Assembly (NCBI GenBank): GCA_964369885.1
Contig: CAYJGQ010000002.1
Location: 10,059-38,672, forward strand
Length of the DNA: 28,614 nt
Direction of reading: 5' to 3'
DNA from: an uncultured Oscillospiraceae bacterium
Lineage (GTDB): Bacteria; Bacillota; Clostridia; Oscillospirales; Ruminococcaceae
The stretch's first letter is position 1. Each line of letters opens with the position of its first letter. Both the position numbers and the translations under genes were made by a program. Below are positions 7,276 through 13,965 of the stretch, one piece after another. Under the pieces are notes generated by a model that worked only from the letters and a program-made list of their open reading frames with translations, was not told the DNA's origin and made no database searches.

Positions 7276-8982
7276 TTAGTCATCAAACGAAACCTTGAGC
7301 ATCTCCTCAATGGTGGTAATGCCATCCACTACACAGTTGGCCGCACTCATACGAAGTGTGCGCATACCACAACGCACCGCCTCATCCTTTATCTCCTCGG
7401 TTGAGGCCTTGTTGGTGATAAGGGTACGAAGCTCGGGGGTTATCTCCATAATTTCGTATACGCCTATACGGTCAAAGTATCCAACACCGCCACACTTAGG
7501 ACAACCCTCTGCACTATATAGGGTTACCTCTTGATCCTGCGGTATTCCAAGTAACGATTTTTCGGCGGCGTTTGCCGTTCTGGGGCGACGGCAGGAGGTG
7601 CACAAACGGCGCACAAGGCGCTGTGCCAAAATACCAACAATCGAGTCGGCCAACAGGTAGGACTCAACACCCATCTCAAGCATACGGGTTACTGTGGCGG
7701 CCGAGCTGTTTGTATGCAGTGTGCTAACCACCAGGTGACCTGTTATTGAGGCCTGTACGGCAATGGACGCCGTTTCCTCGTCACGAATCTCGCCCACCAT
7801 TATGGTGTCGGGGTCCTGACGCAGGATGGAGCGCAGTGCATTTGCAAATGTGAGGTCGGCCTTGGTGTTAACCTGCACCTGATTGATGCCGGGAATATTG
7901 GCCTCAACGGGGTCCTCAACCGTGATGATGTTTACATCCTCGGTGTTAAGGGCGCTTATGGCTGAATACAGGGTGGTGGACTTACCACTACCCGTAGGAC
8001 CTGTAACCAGAATCATGCCGTTGGGGTTTGCCAGGATGTGGTCAAACTTCTTAAGCTCCCACTCCTGCATACCAAGTTCGGTTTTTGTGCGCAGCAGTCC
8101 CACAACCGACTGCAGACGCATAACCACCTTTTCGCCAAAGCTTGTAGGCAGTACCGATACACGGATGTCGTACTCTGCACGGTCAACCACGGTGGACATA
8201 CGCCCATCCTGAGGTTTACGCTTTTCCGAGATGTCCATACCGGCCAAGATTTTAACACGGGTTACAAGTGCCGGCAAAAGTGTTATGTCGTAGCTCATTC
8301 TATCGCTTAGCACGCCGTCTATGCGGTAGCGAATACGCACACGTTTTTCAAGCGCGTCAAAGTGAATATCACTGGCACGCTGACGTGCGCCCTGCTCAAT
8401 AATGGAGCGCACAAGCTGAACAATGGGGGCACTGTCAAGGTCGGCCTGATCGAAGTTTTCCTCCTCGTCAAGCTGTTCACGCAGTTCCTCACGCTGACGG
8501 GCGTATTCCTCGGCGGCAAGCATGGCCTCGCTCTTGCCAAAAAAGTTATCCAGCACGCTGTTAATCTCGCCAATGGTGGCAATGCGTGGCTCAATAAGGC
8601 AGTTGGTAATAATGGATATATCATCCTGTGCGGGCATATCCAGAGGGTTGGACATGGCAAGCACCAACACATTGGGGCTTGCTTCGCTGTAACCCAAGGG
8701 CAGCACATTGTGTCGACGAAGCACCGAGCCCGGTATAAGGCCGATTATTTCTTGATCAATTTGCAAACCACGCAGATCAACACGAGGTATGTCAAGCTGA
8801 ACCTGAAGCACATCGGCGATGTCGCTGTCGGTAACAAGACCAAGCTCGATCAGGCAGTCGCCCAACCAACGTTTTACTTTTCGCTGAAGATCAAGAGCTT
8901 CCTGTAGTTGTGTTTCGGTGATAACACCTCTAAGCACCAGCAAGTCGCCCAAACGATACTTCTTGGGAGTTTCTATAACCAT
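7276..8982 (-). CDS. pilB: Type IV pilus assembly (extension) ATPase PilB, GspE family, with an N-terminal MshEN/T2SSE_N domain
   Basis: Walker A GPTGSGKSTT, IMVGEIRD, VSTLHT, and a tetracysteine Zn motif CTSCRRP...CPKCGGVGY. The ORF track begins at GTG 8991, which abuts the RBS. The ATG at 8982 has GAAGGGG ~8 nt upstream, so 8982 is preferred. Confidence 0.9.
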   Translation of the reverse strand: MVIETPKKYRLGDLLVLRGVITETQLQEALDLQRKVKRWLGDCLIELGLVTDSDIADVLQVQLDIPRVDLRGLQIDQEIIGLIPGSVLRRHNVLPLGYSEASPNVLVLAMSNPLDMPAQDDISIITNCLIEPRIATIGEINSVLDNFFGKSEAMLAAEEYARQREELREQLDEEENFDQADLDSAPIVQLVRSIIEQGARQRASDIHFDALEKRVRIRYRIDGVLSDRMSYDITLLPALVTRVKILAGMDISEKRKPQDGRMSTVVDRAEYDIRVSVLPTSFGEKVVMRLQSVVGLLRTKTELGMQEWELKKFDHILANPNGMILVTGPTGSGKSTTLYSAISALNTEDVNIITVEDPVEANIPGINQVQVNTKADLTFANALRSILRQDPDTIMVGEIRDEETASIAVQASITGHLVVSTLHTNSSAATVTRMLEMGVESYLLADSIVGILAQRLVRRLCTSCRRPRTANAAEKSLLGIPQDQEVTLYSAEGCPKCGGVGYFDRIGVYEIMEITPELRTLITNKASTEEIKDEAVRCGMRTLRMSAANCVVDGITTIEEMLKVSFDD

Positions 8983-9197
8983 TGTAGCCACCCCTTCTAT
9001 TAATAAGGTATTGATGGAAATTTTACGAATTACATCTCCCCCGTCACAGCAAGCCTTGGGGGCATTTTACTGTTGGGTAGGCAAACAACATCCATCATGC
9101 ACACGGGCACTCAAATTTCCAGCCCCTAAACAGACGAATGTCGATTTCCTATTTAAAGATATTGTCTCAACACATAAGCAATTACTGAGCTGCTGCA
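8983..9197 (-). promoter_or_regulatory. Predicted ~215-nt 5' leader of pilB with mutually exclusive pairings (candidate cis-regulatory RNA, class unknown)
   Basis: This is the span between the predicted TSS (about 7 nt after the -10 at 9204-9209) and the pilB ATG. In the minus sense, GGAAATTT (9120->9113) is the exact complement of AAATTTCC (9023->9016). A C5 tract (9062->9058) can pair with GGGGC (9126->9122), with GGGGG (9042->9038) or with the RBS G4 (8994->8991). Confidence 0.3.
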
Positions 9198-9203
9198 TAA
9201 TGT

Positions 9204-9232
9204 ATTGTATTTGAAAGTGCACAGTTTTTCAA
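9204..9232 (-). promoter_or_regulatory. Sigma-A type promoter candidate for the pilus operon
   Basis: Minus strand: TTGAAA (9232->9227), a 17-nt spacer, then TACAAT (9209->9204). Confidence 0.55.
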
Positions 9233-9607
9233 GAGCGAAATTCATGTAATATTATTTTCCAAGGTTTACTCTGTAAACATTATCTAAATACATTGTCACA
9301 CATAGCTGTGATGGTGCGTATCTTGATGTCATTGTATCATTGTATATTACGCATTGCAATATAAAAAACTAATTTGATAATTTTTTTGGTAAAAAAATGG
9401 CATTATGCCAAAAAATGTAAAATTAAGTCTGCTCAATACTATATTTTTCACGACTACATACACTCAATTAAAGCGGTGGCGCTTTAAAATATGATGTCAT
9501 GTATGCTTAAAAAACGTTATAAATTAGCCATTTTTTGCCCATGTAAGATTTAATGGCACAAAAAAACAGCGGCAATTATTGATGAGTGCCGATGTTTATG
9601 CATGGAT

Positions 9608-9636
9608 ATACTATCATATTTCTTGGCAAAGGTCAA
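9608..9636 (-). promoter_or_regulatory. Second, distal promoter-like element upstream of the pilus operon
   Basis: Minus strand: TTGACC (9636->9631), a 17-nt spacer, then TG-A-TAGTAT (an extended -10, hexamer 9613->9608). No ORF follows it. Confidence 0.35.
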
Positions 9637-9707
9637 GACAAAAAAACTCAACTTTCGCCACTTCGCAGTTATACCAAAAGTTCTCGTCATTTACAATTAA
9701 ATTTACG

Positions 9708-9778
9708 GTTTGTGCAAAATAAAAAGTATACCCTCCCACATTGGTAGGCTAATACCTAATGTAGAAAACGTATACTTT
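9708..9778 (-). terminator. Rho-independent terminator of the deacetylase gene
   Basis: Minus sense: AAAGTATAC ... GTATACTTT outer stem (9778->9770 with 9731->9723) and inner ACATT/AATGT and AGG/CCT pairs, followed by TTTTTATTTTG. It starts 7 nt after the TAA stop. Confidence 0.65.
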
Positions 9779-9784
9779 GTGTTT

Positions 9785-10759
9785 TTATATAAGGTCGTTT
9801 GGATCGCCGATTTTAAATCCTTTTTCTTCAAAGCCGTCAATAACATCGCCAATAATCTGGACATTGGTGGAGGAAACGGTGTGTATAAGGTATATACCTC
9901 CCGGATGGGCCGAGTCTACAAGCTTTGCAAGCGATTCCTGCGGATCGGGCTGGTTATCAACCTCCCAGTCCCTATATGCAAAACTCCAAAACACAGATTT
10001 ATATCCGCTTTGTTGTAGCATATACAGCAGTTGCTCATTAAACACACCCTCGGGGAAGCGGTAGAGCTTTGGCTCGTAGCCAAATTGATTTGTGATGGCG
10101 TTGTGTATAGCCTTGGTGTCATCGTAGGCCTCGGACAGGGTTATGGTGGTCATGTTTGGGTGCCCGTCACTGTGACTGCCCAGCACATGCCCCTCATCAA
10201 TTATTCTTTGCACCATTTCAGGCTCACTGCGCAGATACCCGCCCGTAACAAAAAACACACCCTTTACATCCCGCTGAGCCATGGCATCCAAAAAATCATC
10301 GGTGTAGCCGTTTTCATAGCCAAGATCAAAGGTTAGGTATATATCATCGCTGTCCTGCTCAACAAATGTGGCGCCATAGTGGCCGTACAGCTGGTTGTAG
10401 CTAAGCGCTCCCACCGAGCGGCCAAGCTCGTCCACCGGGCCGCCCGACCCCCAGGGTTTTGCCTCATCCGACAGCTGGGAAAGCTCCTCTAAAATTTCTT
10501 GTGGCATGTCGGGCATGTCGTTTGGGGGTGGCAATGGCTCGTCGGGGACTTGGTCCTGCGACTCCTCGGGCTGTGGGGTAGGGGCAAGGGCCTCAACAGC
10601 CGGCTCCTGCCATATGTCGCTTTGGGAACTGCTTTGTGGCTGTTGGTCTGCACCCGGAGGGGTACGCCCCTGTGCACATCCGGTGGTTATAATTGTAAGC
10701 ACCATCACGGCGGCCACAGCCGTCATTATGGGGCTATATTTTGCAAATAGTCGGCGCAT
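9785..10759 (-). CDS. pdaA: Polysaccharide deacetylase lipoprotein, PdaA-like (delta-lactam-biosynthetic MurNAc de-N-acetylase type)
   Basis: Lipoprotein signal MTAVAAVMVLTIITTGC, then a Pro/Gln/Glu-rich linker. The NodB domain matches the blocks I recall from B. subtilis PdaA: IYLTFDLGYENGYT, FFVTG, DEGHVLGSHSDGHP, RFPEGVFNE, GYKSVFWSFAYRDW, AHPGGIYLIHTVS. Confidence 0.75.
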   Translation of the reverse strand: MRRLFAKYSPIMTAVAAVMVLTIITTGCAQGRTPPGADQQPQSSSQSDIWQEPAVEALAPTPQPEESQDQVPDEPLPPPNDMPDMPQEILEELSQLSDEAKPWGSGGPVDELGRSVGALSYNQLYGHYGATFVEQDSDDIYLTFDLGYENGYTDDFLDAMAQRDVKGVFFVTGGYLRSEPEMVQRIIDEGHVLGSHSDGHPNMTTITLSEAYDDTKAIHNAITNQFGYEPKLYRFPEGVFNEQLLYMLQQSGYKSVFWSFAYRDWEVDNQPDPQESLAKLVDSAHPGGIYLIHTVSSTNVQIIGDVIDGFEEKGFKIGDPNDLI

Positions 10760-10862
10760 AAAACCATCTCCAAAGTCCTATGTATTATTTGTATGGCTAT
10801 AAAATATGTGTCACTTTTTGTCGAAATTATTGCCATGAAAAATTAGGAAATAGATCTTTGGA

Positions 10863-11270
10863 TTAAAATGTTATGGGCTTGTCCAGCAAAAACAGGTTGA
10901 AGGTCATCACGGCCGCTACGGCATCGGTATCGGTCAGCACCTCAACCTCATAAACTGCGGTGCGTGAACCGTGGTGGCGCTGACGTGCCACGGCACGCAG
11001 TTTCTCTCCCACAGCGGGGCGCATATAACTCACCGAGGCACTTTGGGTCACAACATGTCGGCCGTGGGACTTGCCGGCCACACCTGCGGCGGTGTCGGCC
11101 AGTGCAAATATCAGCCCTCCGTGTGCCGCCCCAAGGTTGTTTGAGGTGGTGGCGGTAAGCTCTACCTCCACCTCGGAAAAGCCAAGTTCCACACGCACAA
11201 TGCGTATTCCATTGTGATAATTAAATCCCGAAAGACGATTTGCATATTCTGTAAAGGCCTTAAAATCCAT
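10863..11270 (-). CDS. PaaI-family hotdog-fold thioesterase
   Basis: 135 aa with the typical core NNLGAAHGGLIFALADTAAGVAG and the length and shape of the PaaI/YigI 'uncharacterized domain 1' family. Confidence 0.75.
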   Translation of the reverse strand: MDFKAFTEYANRLSGFNYHNGIRIVRVELGFSEVEVELTATTSNNLGAAHGGLIFALADTAAGVAGKSHGRHVVTQSASVSYMRPAVGEKLRAVARQRHHGSRTAVYEVEVLTDTDAVAAVMTFNLFLLDKPITF

Positions 11271-11288
11271 TGTGTTTTCTCCTTATTA

Positions 11289-11873
11289 TCACTTGCGCAT
11301 AACCGAGGTTCCCTTTTCCCGCAGGTAGGAGGCCTCAAGGTCTGCCAGATGTAGTTTTACCGCCAGTGGGTATTTATCAAAGGCAAGGCTTATGGCAAAG
11401 CTTCCGCCCTTTACAGCCTCGTCAAAACCACCCATGTGCCAGCGCACCGCCGTGGCCTCATTTGGGCGAAGTCGCACAAAACGTTCTATAAGGTATACCG
11501 ATTTCTCCCCGTGGCCGTATGGGAAGGAGTCCTCAATTGTATAAAATGGAACCTTTTCCCATGCACCGGTCTTCTCATTTTTTACATTGCGACTGCTCAG
11601 CTTGTAAAACTGCGCCTTGCAAAGATCGTGAAAAAGCGCACACAGTGCAAAGCTCTCGGGGCTGTCGGTTTCGGGGTCAAAGTGGCGCTCCATCATAACA
11701 TCATATACATTTAGGCTGTGTATTAATAGTCCCTCGGGGCAGGCACAGTGGTAGCGTGTTGAGGCCGGTGCCGTGAAAAAGTCGGTGCCCTCAAGCCATG
11801 TCATAAGCTCGGATATGCCCTCTCGGGTCACATTGTCATTTATTATTTGTAAAAATCGTTCTTTGTTTGTCAT
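11289..11873 (-). CDS. HD-domain metal-dependent phosphohydrolase
   Basis: PASTRYHCACPEGLLIHSLNV ... ALCALFHDLCK (H...HD signature). The ATG at 11873 has GGAGG 7 nt upstream. The longer ORF-track start (11942) would overlap the gene's own promoter. Confidence 0.7.
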   Translation of the reverse strand: MTNKERFLQIINDNVTREGISELMTWLEGTDFFTAPASTRYHCACPEGLLIHSLNVYDVMMERHFDPETDSPESFALCALFHDLCKAQFYKLSSRNVKNEKTGAWEKVPFYTIEDSFPYGHGEKSVYLIERFVRLRPNEATAVRWHMGGFDEAVKGGSFAISLAFDKYPLAVKLHLADLEASYLREKGTSVMRK

Positions 11874-11901
11874 GGTGGCACCTCCGTTATTTATGCAGAC
11901 C

Positions 11902-11931
11902 ATTATACCATAAAAGTATGTAAAAAATAAG
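11902..11931 (-). promoter_or_regulatory. Promoter candidate for the HD/PaaI/pdaA gene string
   Basis: Minus strand: TG-G-TATAAT extended -10 (hexamer 11907->11902) with a weak -35 (TTATTT) 17 nt upstream. Confidence 0.45.
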
Positions 11932-11991
11932 ATGTAGGCCAAAACTTGACCTCCCTTTCACAGTTTCATGGCATAATATCCCTTTTTTGCC

Positions 11992-12020
11992 TTGCGCAAT
12001 GGGACAAACTAATCTATAAT
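11992..12020 (+). promoter_or_regulatory. Promoter candidate for the ECF S-component gene
   Basis: TTGCGC (11992-11997), a 17-nt spacer, then TATAAT (12015-12020). The ~65-nt leader contains a TAGCTTA/TAAGCTA hairpin (12021-12054). Confidence 0.4.
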
Positions 12021-12091
12021 TAGCTTAAAACATATCCCTTTATAGCATAAGCTATTAGGTAGATATACTTAACCCGGAGGTGTTATTTTTT

Positions 12092-12940
12092 ATGACCACA
12101 CAAAAAAATACAATGTATCTTGTAAAACTTGGGCTTATGATTGCCATTGTGGTAGTTGTATCCTTTGTTCCCGTGCTTGGGTATGTTCCACTCGTCATAA
12201 TCAAGGCCACAACGGTGCACATTCCCGTTATAATAGGTGCAATACTGCTCGGCCCTCGTGCAGGTGCATTACTTGGCCTTACAATGGGCATAACCAGCAT
12301 CATCAAAAACACAATGGAGCCGGCCGTGACCTCCTTTGTCTTTTCCCCCGTCATTCCGGTGCCGGGTCAGGACGGCGGAGATCTTCGCAGTTTGATAATT
12401 GCCATTGTCCCCCGTGTGCTCATAGGCGTTACCGCGGCGCTTGTTTATAGGCTTGCCGCGCGTTGGGACACCAAGGGTTACATCTCCTGCGGCGCAGCCG
12501 GCGTGGTGGGTTCGCTGGTCAACACAGCCCTTGTGCTTGGCGGAATTTACCTGATGTTTGGCGAGGCCTATGCCACGGCGGCCGAGGTTGGATACTCGGC
12601 ACTTGGCATCTTCCTAATTGGTATTGTGGCCACAAACGGCCTTGCCGAGGCGGCGCTGGCCATGGTGCTTAGCATTGCAATAGCCCGTCCTCTTATGCTT
12701 TACTTTAAGTACCGTGAGCAGAAAAACGCCAAAAAACAGGAAATTGCCGAGCAAAAGCAGGCCAAAGCCGCCGAGGCCCAAACCACCCCCGAGGTGGCCA
12801 CTGCGGCCGAAATTTTGCCCACCCCCGAGGCGGCCTCTCCCACAAGCGCCCCGACAGAGCAGTTTGGTGCGGCCGACACAGCGCAGAGCCTCCCCACGCA
12901 GGAAGATCCGCAAACCCCACCCCCAAATAGCACCCTGTAA
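12092..12940 (+). CDS. ECF transporter S component (pfam12822-like, PanT-like core) with a long low-complexity C-terminal tail
   Basis: Six-TM core with ATTVHIPVIIGAILLGPRAGALLGLTMGITS, typical of ECF substrate-capture subunits. ATG at 12092 with GGAGG 11 nt upstream (the GTG at 12080 overlaps the RBS). The substrate is not determinable from sequence alone. Confidence 0.7.
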   Translation: MTTQKNTMYLVKLGLMIAIVVVVSFVPVLGYVPLVIIKATTVHIPVIIGAILLGPRAGALLGLTMGITSIIKNTMEPAVTSFVFSPVIPVPGQDGGDLRSLIIAIVPRVLIGVTAALVYRLAARWDTKGYISCGAAGVVGSLVNTALVLGGIYLMFGEAYATAAEVGYSALGIFLIGIVATNGLAEAALAMVLSIAIARPLMLYFKYREQKNAKKQEIAEQKQAKAAEAQTTPEVATAAEILPTPEAASPTSAPTEQFGAADTAQSLPTQEDPQTPPPNSTL

Positions 12941-12952
12941 TTTAGTCACAGA

Positions 12953-12982
12953 CCGCCTACCCTCTTGGGTGGGCGGTTTTTT
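12953..12982 (+). terminator. Rho-independent terminator
   Basis: CCGCCTACCC-TCTT-GGGTGGGCGG followed by TTTTTT, 13 nt after the stop codon. Confidence 0.8.
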
Positions 12983-13087
12983 CGACCCCTTTGTATCTGT
13001 GCCGTGGTCTTTAAAAAACTCTCATTCTTGCATTATTTAGCCTGCACATACCTGCTGCCCCAAGCTTTTGGCCACACTTTGGGGCGT

Positions 13088-13885
13088 ATGTTTTGCAAAG
13101 TTTTGCCAAAACTTACACCTGGGGGTGATTGTGTGGCAAAACAAAAACCGCAAAGAATAGCACTGCTGGACCAACTGCGCGGCCTGTGTCTTTTGCTCAT
13201 GGTGGCCTACCATGCGGCCTATGATTGGGTATATCTGCTTGGGCGTGAGTTTTGGCTCTTTGAGCACCCGATAATGAATTTTCTCCAGCCGTTTTTTGCA
13301 GGGGTATTCATACTTATTTCGGGGGTGTGCTGTAATTTTAGCCGTGATAACCTGCGGCGTGGTGTACAGGCCGTGGGGTTTGGCCTTCTGCTTTCCTTCA
13401 TAACAGGTTTTATGGGGCAGGGGCAGATGGTGGTCTTTGGCATACTTCATCTGCTGGGTAGCTCCATGATAATATACGCCCTATGCAAAACCCACCTACA
13501 AAAACTGCCCACGGTGGGTGGGGTTGTGGGTTTTGGGTTGTTGTTTGCCCTTTGCTACCCCCTCCCCTTTGGTGGTTTTGGCCTGCCACCTTATATACTA
13601 CATCTCCCGCAGCAGTGGTATGTGCATCCACTTGGTTTTTTGATAGGGCTTCCCTCCCCAAATTTTCGCTCAAGCGACTACTTCCCACTGCTCCCCTGGG
13701 GACTGCTGTTTTTATGCGGATCATTTGTCGGGCGGTGGCTTATGCGCAGTGATTTACCACGCTGGGTAGTGGCGCAACACCTCCCACCACTTGACTGGAT
13801 GGGGCGGCATTCCTTGTGGATTTACCTACTGCACCAACCACTGCTTTACAGCCTTGTGCTACTCATAAATATATTGGGGCTTTGA
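13088..13885 (+). CDS. DUF1624 / heparan-alpha-glucosaminide N-acetyltransferase-like polytopic membrane protein
   Basis: N-terminal RIALLDQLRGLCLLLMVAYHAAYDW is typical of the family, and the protein has multiple TM helices. The start is uncertain: ATG 13088 or GTG 13133 (GGGGGTG upstream). The ORF-track start at 12965 lies inside the upstream terminator. Confidence 0.7.
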   Translation: MFCKVLPKLTPGGDCVAKQKPQRIALLDQLRGLCLLLMVAYHAAYDWVYLLGREFWLFEHPIMNFLQPFFAGVFILISGVCCNFSRDNLRRGVQAVGFGLLLSFITGFMGQGQMVVFGILHLLGSSMIIYALCKTHLQKLPTVGGVVGFGLLFALCYPLPFGGFGLPPYILHLPQQWYVHPLGFLIGLPSPNFRSSDYFPLLPWGLLFLCGSFVGRWLMRSDLPRWVVAQHLPPLDWMGRHSLWIYLLHQPLLYSLVLLINILGL

Positions 13886-13906
13886 ATTTAGTGCGGCCTT
13901 GTGGGC

Positions 13907-13957
13907 AAAAAAAGATATGCGCCGTTTTAGTGTAGGCGCATATCTTTTTGCTTTTTG
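13907..13957. terminator. Bidirectional terminator between convergent genes
   Basis: A run of A, then GATATGCGCC (13914-13923), a 11-nt loop, GGCGCATATC (13935-13944), then TTTTTGCTTTTT. Confidence 0.75.
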
Positions 13958-13965
13958 GTACTATA

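Noticed and set aside
9071-9126. GGCAAAC and GC-rich segments reminiscent of the GEMM-I (c-di-GMP-I) riboswitch core
   Set aside because: The GGCAAAC string is on the plus strand, which is the wrong orientation for the pilB leader. The partner ACGCAAAGC-type element is absent, so the resemblance is superficial.
531-9214. Many plus-strand ORFs of 60-190 aa antisense to the pil genes (for example 4713-5231, 6385-6951, 8362-8907)
   Set aside because: Every one is fully embedded opposite a CDS with strong family motifs. They lack RBSs and have odd composition (Cys/His/Arg-rich). These are typical antisense shadow ORFs in ~50% GC DNA.
12614-13040. Four overlapping ORFs (12614-12949, 12700-12933, 12705-12926, 12714-13040) across the 3' end of the S-component gene
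   Set aside because: They are artefacts of the GC-rich, low-complexity tail-coding region. They lack RBSs, and one runs through the rho-independent terminator.
12965-13087. N-terminal extension of the DUF1624 ORF back to 12965
   Set aside because: That start lies inside the upstream terminator stem-loop. Family members begin near the RIALLDQLRG block, so 13088 or 13133 is preferred.
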